A stretch of 62,967 bases of DNA, counting the filler, from Gonapodya sp. JEL0774 (Eukaryota): the NCBI GenBank assembly GCA_027604505.1. It is 13 parts of 13 records of this genome, joined end to end, with 100 filler letters (N's around TTAATTAATTAA, not from the genome) between each part and the next. Parts side by side here need not be neighbours in the genome. Positions count along the whole stretch, not along the records: positions 1 to 4,783 come from JADIIX010000860.1; positions 4,884 to 9,666 come from JADIIX010000861.1; positions 9,767 to 14,546 come from JADIIX010000862.1; 10 more parts are not named here. The stretch is one strand, 5' to 3'. The notes under the pieces are model-generated. The model saw only the letters and a list, made by a program, of their open reading frames with translations, was not told the origin of the DNA and ran no database searches. Shown here one piece after another: positions 1 to 12,002 of the stretch (position 1 is its first letter; every line of letters begins with the position of its first letter). The position numbers were made by a program, and so were the translations under genes.

Positions 1-1230
1 ATCTCACAGCAGGCGGTGATGGAGGCCCTGAAGATGTCTCCCCCCACGTCACTTCCTGCACGTGCCCCAGGGCATGGTCGCTCCGCCAGCCGAGATGTCG
101 CTGCCGAAGTTGCCGAGTTCGTGCAAGGAGTCATGACCTCAGGAGAGGGAATCGGGATGGGGAGTCCTGGGGCTACTACTGGGGAGATTGGTGTACCTGG
201 AATGATGGGGCATGGAAGGTCTCGGAGCAGGGATTTGGGGATGGATACGTTCTCATTTGGGCCATCTGATGTAGCGTCTTCCGGCGGTAGCAACGGATTG
301 TCCTTGCACGTTTCTCCGGGGCAAGGTCATGCCCGTACCAGAAGCCGAGATCTCGCCACGGATCCATTTGGTGCTCAGGGAAGCCCTCTCGTTTCACCTA
401 GTCACTCCAGAGCGCGAAGCTTTGGTGGTGAACCGTTCTCAATCGGCAGAGTGGGCTCTGGCGACTTCGCATCCCTCATTGACGGACACAGTCAAATGAG
501 ATCGCCTGCCATGGGACACTCGAGACTCAGGAGCAGAGATATGGCGTCTGAAGGTTTTTCGGCATTACCACAACTTGGTGACGAACCAGTAGCAACGATT
601 GGACACACCAGGATGAGGAGCAGGGATGTGGGTGCGGAGGTCTTTGGATTCGATCAATCGCACCGTGGCAGCCCCTTAAATAGCTCCGCTGATGGGCCGT
701 TGTTGATGACTCTGGGACACGCGAGGAGCTCCAGCAGAGACATCCGGTTCGGCTCAAGCACTGGCCATCCCACACACATGCATGTGCGTAACGGCTCCCT
801 GGGAAGTTCAAACTCGAGTGGCACCGAGCAAATTGGGGAGCACCAGATTGTCACTGGTTTAGCAGACGAACAAGTTCGCGCTCTGTTTGGGTCGTCGCCC
901 TCACTGGCCGCAGAGATGGATTCCCGGGCTGGAGCGATGCTGGGTGCTATGGGAAGCAGAGCTACTACAGTGGATGACGTAGAAATTGTCAGATCACGCT
1001 TGGTGCAGTTGCAGTTGGGTGTGGATCAGGCCGCGCCAGTCACACGTGCTGGGTCGGGCGGAAGCTTTGGCTCGGATGCCGGCAGACTCGCCGCAGCAGC
1101 AGCCGAGGGGATGAGCAAGCATGCTTACGACGAGGATGACGCAATGTTCTCGGCTGGAGTACCAAAGCTGGATGGGACTCCCGAGCGGTGGAAGATGAAT
1201 GGGTCGCAAGCCTGGGTTGGGTTGCAATGA
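1..1230 (+). CDS. 3' part of a gene: disordered Ser/Gly-rich tail with repeated GHxRxRSRD (HxRxxS) motifs
   Basis: Frame is open from base 1 to TGA 1230; motifs HGRSAS, HGRSRS, HARTRS, HSRARS, HSRLRS, HTRMRS, HARSSS, HVRNGS. 5' end is outside the contig. Confidence 0.7.
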   Translation: MSQQAVMEALKMSPPTSLPARAPGHGRSASRDVAAEVAEFVQGVMTSGEGIGMGSPGATTGEIGVPGMMGHGRSRSRDLGMDTFSFGPSDVASSGGSNGLSLHVSPGQGHARTRSRDLATDPFGAQGSPLVSPSHSRARSFGGEPFSIGRVGSGDFASLIDGHSQMRSPAMGHSRLRSRDMASEGFSALPQLGDEPVATIGHTRMRSRDVGAEVFGFDQSHRGSPLNSSADGPLLMTLGHARSSSRDIRFGSSTGHPTHMHVRNGSLGSSNSSGTEQIGEHQIVTGLADEQVRALFGSSPSLAAEMDSRAGAMLGAMGSRATTVDDVEIVRSRLVQLQLGVDQAAPVTRAGSGGSFGSDAGRLAAAAAEGMSKHAYDEDDAMFSAGVPKLDGTPERWKMNGSQAWVGLQ

Positions 1231-2099
1231 GACGGGCTTTTGTGCTTTTGTGCAGACGGGATAGATTTGAGGGTTGGGAACTCTCGTTGAACGTTCCTTT
1301 GATGTTTTGAAATGGGATATCCGTGACAGATGATCAGCGACATTCTAGGCATCAGAGGACAAACCTCGCTTCAGCCTCCCCACCTCGAAAATTGTTACGT
1401 AATACAGACCGGATCCTCGCACCGGCAGCATCGACCAACCCTACCGCACTTGCATCTCTCCATTTCACCTGCACTTACGCACAAAGAGGCCTTTTGAGTC
1501 GTTACACCTGGAGGAGCCTCGGTCTGTGAGAACATAGACAAGGTATATCATGTTATAGGAAGAGTCACATGATTTCTCTTTCTTCTTTCTGGTTTAGTTG
1601 GGCATTTGTTACCGCAACTTCGCAAATTTGGGTTTTCGGGAATAGGAGATGTGCGAGTCTTGTTTCTTATCGAGGTGGCAAATGTAAAGAATCTGAATCT
1701 TCACTTTTCACCCTGTCATGACCATTTATTTTGTGAAGAACTGTGATTCAATCATTACTACTCCAACCTGTGTGCAGTAGCGAATGCTGTTGGGTGAACG
1801 GAACAACGTTTTCATACGTGCTCCAACTGATACAGACATAAAATCATACTGTGTAGATAAAGATATTTGTGTTGTTTGTGAGGTATTCAAGAGGAGCGGA
1901 AGGCTCCGATCTCAGACTTGGTAAGCAAACAATCCTGGTCTCCGATACCACATAGAGCTGGAAAATCATAAACTTCATTCGTAACACCCCCATCTTGTAC
2001 AATATCGGATGAGTAACACTGTTCTACAGGATCTTCGTTGGACTTTCGCGCTCGTTTCGAATCGAGAGAAGAGGCGCCACAAACTCCGGAGACGGCAGC

Positions 2100-3739
2100 A
2101 TGGATCGGCGGAAGAGTGAGCAAAAAGTGGCTTCTGTACTTTTACTGAATGAATCTAAAGTCTTGAACGACTTGACTTGTCTCTGAACGAATCTGACCGA
2201 GCAAACTCAAAGTCCATCCTCGTTCTCTGACTTCACTTCTGATGATATCCCTGACCTTACTGGAAAAGTTGCCATCGTCACGGTAGAGTTCTCACTACAA
2301 ACTTACTCCAAGGTTCTTTCTTTGAAGTCACGATTGCAATACCTTCAAGGGAGCTTCGGCTGGACTTGGGCTGGAATCTGTGTATCAGCTAGCGCGCAAG
2401 AACTGTCATGTCATTTGTGTGGTCCGCAATGAGCAGAAAGGGGCCGAGGCATTAAAAGAGGTCCGGTCGAGGACAGGAAATGACAAACTCGAACTTGCTG
2501 TCGCAGATCTCGCAGACTTGAGCGCCGTCCGAAAGTTCGCAGAAACATTCATAGCAAGACAGTTACCCCTCCATATCCTCATGAACAATGCAGGTGAGAT
2601 GAGCCGGGTGACCCACTTGATGGTTCTGTTGGATTTCTACACTCGTCGGACCTTCCATGAACCAGGAATCTCTTCAGTCAAGTTCGCGCTCACCAAAGAC
2701 GGCTTCGAAAGTCAATGGCAGGTAGGTTATACGAGGTGTCCTTTGCTTGCGAAGCTCACAGTGATGAAAATCCCAAGTTGCTTGTGGTCGCGTAGACAAA
2801 TCACCTTGCACACTTTTACCTTACTCTCCTCCTCTTGCCGGTCCTAGGCAAAACTGCTACTCCAGAAACGCCGGTCGCAATACACAATGTTTCATCTCTC
2901 TCAGCATTTGCCCCGTATCCAAAAAGTCTTGGTGGTGTTCTTGATATGGATTCCATGGTCAATCCAAACGTCTACATGCCGCTGGAAGCCTATGGTCAGA
3001 GCAAAGTCAGTGAAATCTGCACAATTGATTTGCGAAACACTGCGTTGATGGAGCTTCGTTCGTTTTGGTTTTGTCTTCTTGCTTCCTTCTCAAGCTCGCA
3101 CAGATCGCGTTCACACGGGAGCTTGCGCATCGACTGGGACCAAAAGCAAACATCACGATAACCGCTTGTCACCCCGGCAGTAAGTTTTATTCTCTTCTTG
3201 ATATTAATACTTGCTTTATATTCCTGTCCGCAGCGATGATTCGGACCGAGATAGGGAAGAAGGTTAACTACAATTGGCTGGCACACCTCGTAGCCAGGGC
3301 GGTGTCATACTTATTTGGTCCGACTGTGGATGCAGGCGGTACGTTGCCACACGATCTTGTGGACGTGCTCGACAGAGCGAATGATCGGCTTCTCATCATT
3401 GTTTCCATTTTGCCTTATTCTTTCCACAATCAAATTCCAGCGCTGACCCAGCTGTATCTCTCCACCTATCCACTCTTTCCCTCTCTTATGTCTGCACATC
3501 CAATTCCTAATGGCGCCATGTACGACTTCATCTGCATTTACAAAGAAATCCGGCCCAACTCGCTTGCGGGATCCGAAGAGATCCGGAGGCGGGTATGGGA
3601 TATCAGTTTGAAGCAATTGAAGGAGAGGGGGCTTGAAGTGGAGGACGTGGCAGTTAGTGATGCGGGTGAGGGGCTCGCTAGGAAAGCTACAAACAGAACC
3701 TTCACATTATCGAGGCTAAACTCGTTGGGCATGGCGTGA
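2100..3739 (+). CDS. Short-chain dehydrogenase/reductase (retinol dehydrogenase/WWOX-like), multi-exon; start approximate
   Basis: Spliced translation DIPDLTGKVAIVT|GASAGLGLE (TGxxxGxG), LHILMNNAG, NVSS, YGQSK (YxxxK), ACHPG; GT-AG introns. Confidence 0.9.
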
Positions 3740-4261
3740 CAGAGGTTTATCTGAGAGAAATAAGCTTGTAATGTATTCTAATGCTGATAGAGATTTAATG
3801 TCGAGTGTTAATGTCGAGTTTCAATAGTGAGGAGCCTGGTTAAGCAGTTTCCGGTGCATGATGTGCACTCTGAGTCAAAGGAAACTCGGGGCACACGACC
3901 TTCTGATCTTTTGTAACGGCAACACTTCAAGCGAAGCGAGGCTCCAGAAAAATAAAGAAAATCTTCTGAATACTTCGGAACTTTTGAGACGTAAAACACC
4001 ACAAAAGCGCAAAGTCGGGAACTTGGATCAAAACCGCATAATGCATATCGGCACACCGAATGAATTCATGCACAAAATCACTACACTGGCTAGTCAGCCA
4101 CAATGGCATGTGTTAAAACTGTCCCATCATACACGTCTGTCGTGTGCAAAAAGGTCGAGAATAAGAGACCGCGCGAAACTTCGTACAAATGGTAGAATGT
4201 GCACAAACGTGATGTCAAAGAAAGCAAGATTGTAGTAAGATGATAACGCAACTGATGAGAA

Positions 4262-4783
4262 TCAAGAGTGGTACTTTTTCTCCTCAACCTGAGGCTCCGA
4301 GATCTCATCTACTTAGAGGGTTGTGTTCAGGTGACGTCTCAGAGGATCCAGCACCAAAACTTACCAAAGCCATCGGTACTTTTATTCCACCTGTACTTGA
4401 TTATGTCCACCCCGTACGGCTTTGGCTTCAAGCAATACACAGTGTGCAATGGCACATCCAACAATGTCATTTCCAACAAATCCATTCCCGTAAAGTACGC
4501 CAATAGAGTTCTCATCACCACATTGTGGGTGATTATTATAACATCGGTAGACAGCCGTTCCAACTCGATTACGAGAGGCCGCAAGCGCTCAATAACATCC
4601 ATGTAGTTCTCGCCACCAGGAAAACGGCCTATCAACTTGTTGGCTTGACGGGTGCGGAACTCCTCTGGGAACTTCAACTGAATGTCGTCCTGATGTCAGA
4701 GATTTTATGAGATTTCCAACTAAAACAGGGACCAGTGCAACAAGTTCGCGACTCACGTAAGTCATCCCTTCGCACAAACCAGA
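4262..4783 (-). CDS. 6-phosphofructo-2-kinase/fructose-2,6-bisphosphatase, C-terminal histidine-phosphatase part (5' truncated)
   Basis: CEGMTY|..KFPEEFRTRQANKLIGRFPGGENYMDVIERLRPLVIELER..IITHNVVMRTLLAYF..VPLHTVYCLKPKPYG; last exon DEISEPQVEEKKYHS*. Confidence 0.85.
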
Positions 4784-4883
4784 NNNNNNNNNNNNNNNNN
4801 NNNNNNNNNNNNNNNNNNNNNNNNNNNTTAATTAATTAANNNNNNNNNNNNNNNNNNNNNNNNNNNNNNNNNNNNNNNNNNNN
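4784..4883. other. Artificial contig linker (N-run, TTAATTAATTAA six-frame stop, N-run); recurs at 9667, 14547, 19425, 24284, 29135, 33984, 38831, 43674, 48513, 53337, 58154
   Basis: The same 100-nt spacer occurs 12 times; intervening fragments fall in length from 4783 to 4714 nt. Confidence 0.99.
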
Positions 4884-7800
4884 AGCTCGCATGACCCCCT
4901 TCACTTCTTAAAATCAAAAGAATGAAGCCCCGCTTCGCTTTCGCTCAGCGAAACTTCGTCACACATGGCAGCTAGCGGGCGTGACAGTTCTCCAGCACCT
5001 CACCGTATCAAATTAAAATTGCCAAGCCCAGACACCTTCACTGGAGCTTGCTGAGAAACAGCAGACACTTGGATTTTTCAGCTTCAGAACTATTTCGCTG
5101 CAGCACATGTCGCACCAGAAGATCAAGTCACCTATGCTATTGCCCTCCTCCATGACCGCACAGCAAACTGATGGCGTAATTACATGAACCTTGTAACGGC
5201 GTCAATGGCACCACCAATCATTTATTTGGATGACTTCGCTATGCACTTTCTAAACTACTTCAAGCCACCTAACGCAAAACAAACTGCTCGTGACTGTCTA
5301 CGCTCTCTCCGCCAGACCACCTCAGTGGCAGCTTATTCAGCAGTATTTGGCACTATACTCCTCGAGATACCTGACATGGGATTGGCAGATCAGCAGGATC
5401 CATTCACTCATGGGCTCAAGGATTTACCTCGTAGGGAGTGCTGCATTTGCCGTCCAACCACCCTCGCAGAGGCATTTCAGATTGCTGACTCCGTCAACAC
5501 TGCATCATTTGAGAGCAACTTTCGAGGCAACCAACGCCGCACTCACTGGAGTACCCCACCACAAAGTACCGCGACTGCTATGGACGTTGACACAGCAGAG
5601 ATCCCAGATCCATTGGACACCCTCGATACCAACAACGTCAACACCAACCGTCAGCAGCTTACAAAACTCACCGATACAGAACGTGAACAACTCCGTCAAA
5701 TTGGTGCATGTTTCCGTTGCCGTCAGCAGGGTCACCTTGCCCGGGATTGTCCTACATCAAAGCAACAGGGGAATGGCCAGCCTCAGTAGATAGTCACAGA
5801 GTAGCTGCTGAGGCAATAAATAATGTACCTTTGAAATCATTGACTCCGCCCCTTGAATGTCCCTTAATACCACTGAAAACACCAAACCCAGTGAAACCCA
5901 AGAACCCCGAGAACCTTGAGACACCACCGAAACTGATGAACCTCAAAGGCAACCACAGAATCCCCATGAACCCCCTGAACGTTGGAACACTTACCTTGGA
6001 TCCATTGCAATCACGTCAACGTCGCCTTATCGTCTTCCGCGGAAATTTCCTCGGACACCCTGCCAGATTCCTCCTTGATCCTGGATCCTCAGCAAACCTG
6101 GTCTCAACAAAGTTTGTAAATCGCCACAGTCTACCTGCGACAAAGATCACCAAACCATTGAAAACTGTTTCATATGATGGGACACTCGGCACCACTGACC
6201 TTGCAATGCTCCGAGCACCATACACTCTTGACAACACTATCCACTTGCAAGACGACTTCTACGCTATCCACATCGCAGAGTACAATGTGATCCTCGGAAT
6301 GCCGTGGATGGAAGATTACGAAGAAAACATTGTTCAGTACCAATGGCGCAACAAGGAACTCCTCTTCAAACAGGATGGACTCACCTATGCACTCCAAGGA
6401 ACTGGCAGTACCCTCCCAGAAACCCTTGTCTCTGCCATAGACTTCGCCAAGGAAACCCAACACTTGAACCACGGTCACGAAATTGGGTTAATATTTGTGA
6501 CCGACGTGAACACAGAACCTTCTGATCCGATCGATCCACAACTTAAAACATTGCTCACGGAATTCTCCGACGTCATTCCAGAGGACTTACCAGCAAAACT
6601 CCCTCCTCAACAATCCATCGACCATCGCATCGAGTTGATTCCTGGTGCTGTACCACCCTTTCGACCTCTCCGACAAATGACACCAGCAGAATGGGACAAG
6701 TTGAACAAACAACTGGAATACCTACTAGAACGGGGATATGTGAGACCTTCGAAATCTCCTTACGGCACACCTATCCTATTTGTACGGAAGAAAGACTGAA
6801 CCATGAGGATGTGTGTCGACTACTGCGCTTTGAACTCACTTACTATCAAAAACAAGTATCCTCTACCCCGGATTGAAGAGCTCCTTGACCAACTCCGTGG
6901 CACAGCTGCCTTTTCGAAACTTACCTTACGCATGGGCTATCACCAAATTTGTATCCCAGAAAATGACATACCTAAAACAGCATTCCGAACACCGTTTGGT
7001 CACTACAAATTCACAGTTATGACATTTGGATTCACCAACGCACCTGTGACATTCCAAACCCTCATGAACAATATATTTCGCCCACACTTATGTCAATGGG
7101 TCGTGGTATACCTGGACGACATTTTAATCTTCAGTTGCAGCACCACAGAGCACTTGACTCACCTTTGAGAAGCCCTGGAGCTCCTTCGACAAAAGAAACT
7201 CTACACCAAACTGTCCAAATGCGAGTTCCTGAAAACAGAAGTGGAATACTTGGAGCATATTGTCAGCAAATGGGAGGTGCGAATGGATCCAAGGAAAGTT
7301 GATGCGATATGTACCTGGGAACCTCGGACCAACATCTGTGGAGTCTGAGCATTCATTGGCCTGGCAAGCTACTACCAAAAATTCATCAAAAACTTTGCGA
7401 GAATAACGAATCCACTGACCTACCTCCTGCGAAACAATATCCCCCTCAATTGGACTGACAATGTAAATACCACGTTCGAGATCCTGGAAATGGCAGTCAC
7501 ATCTGCACCAGTTCTCCAACTCCCTGATCCCATACTTCCTTACACCATCTCCACAGATGCCAGCCAGTATGACATGGGAGCAGTCCTCAGCCAGACAATA
7601 AACGATGAAACTCACCCCGTAGCTTCATCTCCTGCCAAGAGCAAGTACCCTACCCACGAGCAGGAACTCCTTGCCATAGTGGATTCCCTCAAACATTGGT
7701 GGCACTATGTCCTTGGAACACCCTTAACCATTTTCACTGATCACAACTCCATCAAATGGATCAACTCGCAGCCTCACCTTTCACCACAGCAAGCCCATTG

Positions 7801-9468
7801 GTCCTTAGCCTTGCAAGAATATGACTTTGAAATCAAACATCACCCTGGGAAAGAAAACATTGTTGCTGATGCCCTGTCTCGCAAATCCAATGTTAATGCA
7901 ATCATTTCAGTGGACACCAACCAAGCTTACCTCGATTGCCTCCAGCACAATAACAGCAGGCACCCAATACCACCCAATTGTGCAATTGGCACCAACGGTC
8001 TGTTATACAAGAATGGACGGATTGTTGTTCCTGACAATCCTCAGTTACGTCAAGATATTCTCCACAACCTCCACGACTCCCCTGTTGCTGCTCACCTTGG
8101 ACGCAACAAAACCCTTGACCTCATCCAGCGCACGTATTGGTGGGAAGAGATGGCACGTGATGTTTCAGAATATGTCTCGAGATGTGATTCCTGCCAGCGA
8201 AACAATGAACAGAACCACCAGCCACTACCAATGCCTACCAAAAGATGGGAATCCTTATCCATGGACTTTATCACAGGGCTTCCGAAGACTCAGCGAGGTT
8301 TTGACGCGATCCTCGTCATCCTTTTGCTGTCTGTCAAAACGTGCGCACTTCATTCCAACACGTACCACTGTAACAGCACCTCAAGTTGCTCACCTTTTTC
8401 TTGACAACGTTGTTAAGCATCACGGACTCCCTAAAAGCATTGTTTCAGACTGCGACCCATGTTTCACAAGCAACTTCTGGACAGCACTCACCAAGTCCCT
8501 TGGCATTCAACCCCTCATGTCAACAGCGTTTCACCCTCAGACAGATGGACAAACAGAGCGTATGAATTGGACCCTGGAAGAAATGCTTTGGCATTACGTC
8601 TCTGACACCCAGAAAGATTGGGAACCTCACCTGCCTACTGTTGAGATTGCGTACAACAACGCCAAGCAAACATCCACCTCCCAAACCCCTTTCTACATTG
8701 ATACTGGCCGACATCTTCGACTCCCACACGACTTCGTGATTCAAAGGAAACGGACTTTTGTTCGCGCAACTGAACAATTTGTCACGCACCTTGCAGACAT
8801 CACGCGACAAACATAGGAAGCACTCACCAGGGCGCAGAAACGACAAGAAGACTATGCAAACCAGCAAGGACACCCTGATGAGTTCCACAAAGGCGACTAC
8901 ATCCTGTTGAAGGCAAAGAATTATTCGTCACTCTACAAACTTGGTCCTCGATTCCTCGGGCCCTTCCCCATCATCAACAAACACGCGCCTCTCATGTACA
9001 AAATTGCGCTTCCTCCAGGTACTCGATTTCATCCAGTCTTCCATATTTCTCAACTCAAACGTTACTGATGTCCCCCTCTGACTGTGGCATCAGTCCCACC
9101 CCTGGGCAGCGCAACATTACCTGAACAATTTGGACGTTGAAGCAATTCTCCGTCAACTGGTGCAAAAACGTGGCAGCTTAAATCAAGTAGAGTACTTGGT
9201 CAAATGGTGCAGAAAACCGGACTACGATGCAACTTGGGAACCATCAACGACCCTTAGAGACGCCAGTGAAGCCATTGAGCAGTTCAAATCGAGTTGATTC
9301 AAAAGGTGGGTAGAATGTAATGGTGAAACGCTTGTGAAGGGGTTGGAACATCATGGGACAAATCTTGCGTAATCAGTTACAGACTATATAAAAGCATAGA
9401 AATGTATCTGGGGGCAATCTCGATCAATAACAGAAAATCTACGCTCTTGACCCGACCTTCCTTCTACA
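4884..9468 (+). mobile_element. Degenerate Ty3/Gypsy chromovirus LTR retrotransposon (gag-CCHC, protease, RT, RNase H, integrase, chromodomain, PPT, 3' LTR)
   Basis: Gag CFRCRQQGHLARDC; protease [27 protein letters not shown]; RNase H TDASQY; integrase HLGRNKT..CDSCQ, TAFHPQTDGQTER; chromodomain VEYLVKW..DATWEP (about 9135-9297). Several stops and frameshifts. Confidence 0.95.
9316..9468 (+). repeat. Putative 3' LTR of the Gypsy element
   Basis: Follows purine tract AAAAGGTGGGTAGAA (9301-9315); begins TGTA and ends TACA; internal TATATAAAA. No 5' LTR in the contig to compare. Confidence 0.65.
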
Positions 9469-9666
9469 GTCCTTGTGGCCTAGATACCCAATTCCAAAGT
9501 TCTTTGTGCCTGCCAAATATCTCGAGAGCCATTTCAATGCAACCAAATGCTTATGGCTTGGGCTGTCTAACACCTCAGTTAAGATCTTTACAGCAGGACA
9601 TATGTCTGGTCTTGTCATCACCATAATGTGCAAAAGTATTGCAACAAGATGTCTGAATTGTGCATG
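9469..9666 (-). mobile_element. Ty1/Copia reverse transcriptase C-terminal fragment
   Basis: HIMVMTRPDICPAVKIL..PSHKHLVALKWLSRYLAGTKNFGIGY matches the Copia TRPDI..H..A.KR..RYL.GT motif. Confidence 0.8.
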
Positions 9667-9953
9667 NNNNNNNNNNNNNNNNNNNNNNNNNNNNNNNNNN
9701 NNNNNNNNNNTTAATTAATTAANNNNNNNNNNNNNNNNNNNNNNNNNNNNNNNNNNNNNNNNNNNNGAACCGTTACACCACGCTTTTGTGATTCACAGAA
9801 TTGAGTTTCTTTCCGATCACCCACCGCTATAGTCACTTATTCATGCGCTGACGGACCCCATGAGTAGAGATTCAACTGCACGTCATACATACACTGGAAC
9901 CAAGTTGAACCGAGCGCTTGTGAATAATGCACATTGGCTGGTTGACACCAAAA

Positions 9954-11441
9954 TTATGTGTACATCCTCTTCTCTTTAGCGGAAAAGGTGTAAAGGCTCT
10001 TTTCCTTGACGTAAAAGTCCTTGCCCATCTTGTTGCAGCTCTCAGCCAACTCCGACAGGACTCGGTGCACCCACCTACTCCACTCCGGCGATCGATCACC
10101 ATCACACTTGATCACGCTATAGGCGATCTCATACCTTTGTGCCGACATGCTTGAGAAAAACCATTCCCATCCCGCGAGGTGCATAGCGAATTCACGGTTC
10201 GAAGGCTCGACGTCCACTCTTGCAGCGGCGGAGGGTCCAGCTGATGCCTGAGGATCGAGTCCGGCCGCCCAAATATTAAACGTGGCAGAGTCAAATTGAA
10301 TCTCCACATCGACGGTCTCCAATGCTGGAAACAGACCCACGAACCAATCCAGCAACTGACAGAAGTGGTGACGGGCCACTGTAAAGTCATTCGCAAAGCT
10401 GCATGGTGCGATTCCGAGACGTCGAACGGACGTTATGGGTCTTTGAGATTCGGGCACGAGTCTGTTTCCGGGAAAGACGTGGGAACGATGTGGTACGAGG
10501 CCGACGAGAGGAAACCCCACGAGATGGACAACGTTCGAAAGGTAGGTGAGTACCATGAGTCCTTCATCCATAAGGTGCCATTGCTGGAATATCCCGGCAC
10601 ACGAGACACATGAGTGAATGATTTTCGGCAAGATGAGGGTGGTGATGTGTGGAAGGCGTTGATTGACTCGTACCAGGTCGGGATCATTGTCGTGAGATAG
10701 GCAAAGAGGTAGGTCTGGTGCCTCGGAAAAATCAAGGACTGTTAGATTAGGGAATAGCTTTGCCAAGTTTGTCGGTTCGGGATTCAGCATGTGCATGGCC
10801 GTCTTCAGAATCTCCACAGACGGTAAGGTCACCAAAGGGCACAAATCGATCCACGACTTGATGTCGTTGCGAAACGGGCAATTGATGCATCGGGGTAGAA
10901 GAGCGCTACATAGCAGCTGCGCTCTTTGAGGGAGTGTACACCAACTCAACGTGTCACCGTCGGACGCAGAGAGTTCGATCGTGTCCGCGACCAGCAAGAG
11001 TCTGTCACGAGATACCCCAAGAATGTTCGAAATCATCGATACAAAGTCTTTTGGCGAAAATACCTCGGCAATCCGGGCGATGTCGGCTGTGATCTCCATG
11101 TGCGCAGCAGCGTAAAACACAACCTTGGATCTCCCTTTCCCATCACCAGTCTTCCTTTCCACCCGACAAAAGCTGCTCATCACACGTTTCCGCGTGATAG
11201 TTTTGTATTTGATGACTGGCTGAAGGAAGTCCAACAAGACGGTGACTCGCCCACGATTGTGCGCGAATGCTGCGCGCCAGGCGTGATTCCATGCGCGGGA
11301 CACGGTTGGCACCGATGTGAAGAACGATGACGGAGTTAGGAGCTCGAAGATGGCAACGAGTGCTTCAGGGGGGAGCGATGGCATTGTTGTCGAGCCTTTG
11401 ACTATGGAAACATCTCTGTCAGATTGCTTTGCTGAGGACAC
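9954..11441 (-). CDS. F-box-like protein with LRR-like C-terminus (apparently intronless)
   Basis: 495-aa ORF; N-terminal PSLPPEALVAIFELL..VPTVSRAW; LFPNLTVLDFS, LPHITTLIL and FPALETVDV repeats. Confidence 0.7.
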   Translation of the reverse strand: MSSAKQSDRDVSIVKGSTTMPSLPPEALVAIFELLTPSSFFTSVPTVSRAWNHAWRAAFAHNRGRVTVLLDFLQPVIKYKTITRKRVMSSFCRVERKTGDGKGRSKVVFYAAAHMEITADIARIAEVFSPKDFVSMISNILGVSRDRLLLVADTIELSASDGDTLSWCTLPQRAQLLCSALLPRCINCPFRNDIKSWIDLCPLVTLPSVEILKTAMHMLNPEPTNLAKLFPNLTVLDFSEAPDLPLCLSHDNDPDLVRVNQRLPHITTLILPKIIHSCVSCAGIFQQWHLMDEGLMVLTYLSNVVHLVGFPLVGLVPHRSHVFPGNRLVPESQRPITSVRRLGIAPCSFANDFTVARHHFCQLLDWFVGLFPALETVDVEIQFDSATFNIWAAGLDPQASAGPSAAARVDVEPSNREFAMHLAGWEWFFSSMSAQRYEIAYSVIKCDGDRSPEWSRWVHRVLSELAESCNKMGKDFYVKEKSLYTFSAKEKRMYT

Positions 11442-11814
11442 GGCTGTCCGAATGGCAACACAGCACCTTGGACTTTCGGTCTCAAAGAAAATTGTTCTGG
11501 TAGAAACGATGTAAGAAGAAAGCTCAGTGAGGATGATATGAGTTCGTCTTGGTGTTCATTAGTCGACGGAAGGTCAACAGCCGGTAGGTAAACATTTTCC
11601 TCCACCACAGTACATACGTACAAGTGCGCTGGCAATCACTCACTTTTAAGGCATAAACGCAGGGGCTACGTGATTCGCACGACAGTATCAGATTAAATGT
11701 GATATATTGGCACTCCGACCCCAACACGCTGTCCATGACATCCATCAACCATCCCAACTCAACTCCTTCCAACAATAGTACTACAAAAAGCCAGTTTTCC
11801 AGCTCCGTTGAGTA

Positions 11815-11915
11815 CACTGCCTTCTCAGAAACCGCGTGAGCCCTCCTTGTAGAGGAGGATGCCACCGAAGAAGCGGCCGCTTTCGCACTCAATGCGGTCT
11901 CGTCATCCGTCGTAA
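11815..11915 (-). promoter_or_regulatory. SECIS element candidate in the 3'UTR of the SELENOH-like gene
   Basis: Minus strand AUGAC-GAGACCGC-AUUGAG..AAA..CUCA-C-GCGGUUUC-UGAG: AUGA (11906-11903) and UGAG (11827-11824) core flanking a complementary helix II. Confidence 0.75.
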
Positions 11916-12002
11916 GTGGTGTTGAGTAGTGCTAGCTGAGATTCCCGAGCAGAATGGCGGGGATTACCGCGCCAGGCATGGCCGATTCGAAGCGATTTGT
12001 GA

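Noticed and set aside
6797..6799. In-frame TGA in Gypsy pol as another recoding event
   Set aside because: It replaces the conserved Gly of KKDG in an element with many other lesions; simple decay.
11524..11892. 122-aa minus-strand ORF
   Set aside because: Non-ATG start, no recognisable motif, and it overlaps the SELENOH 3'UTR and SECIS candidate.
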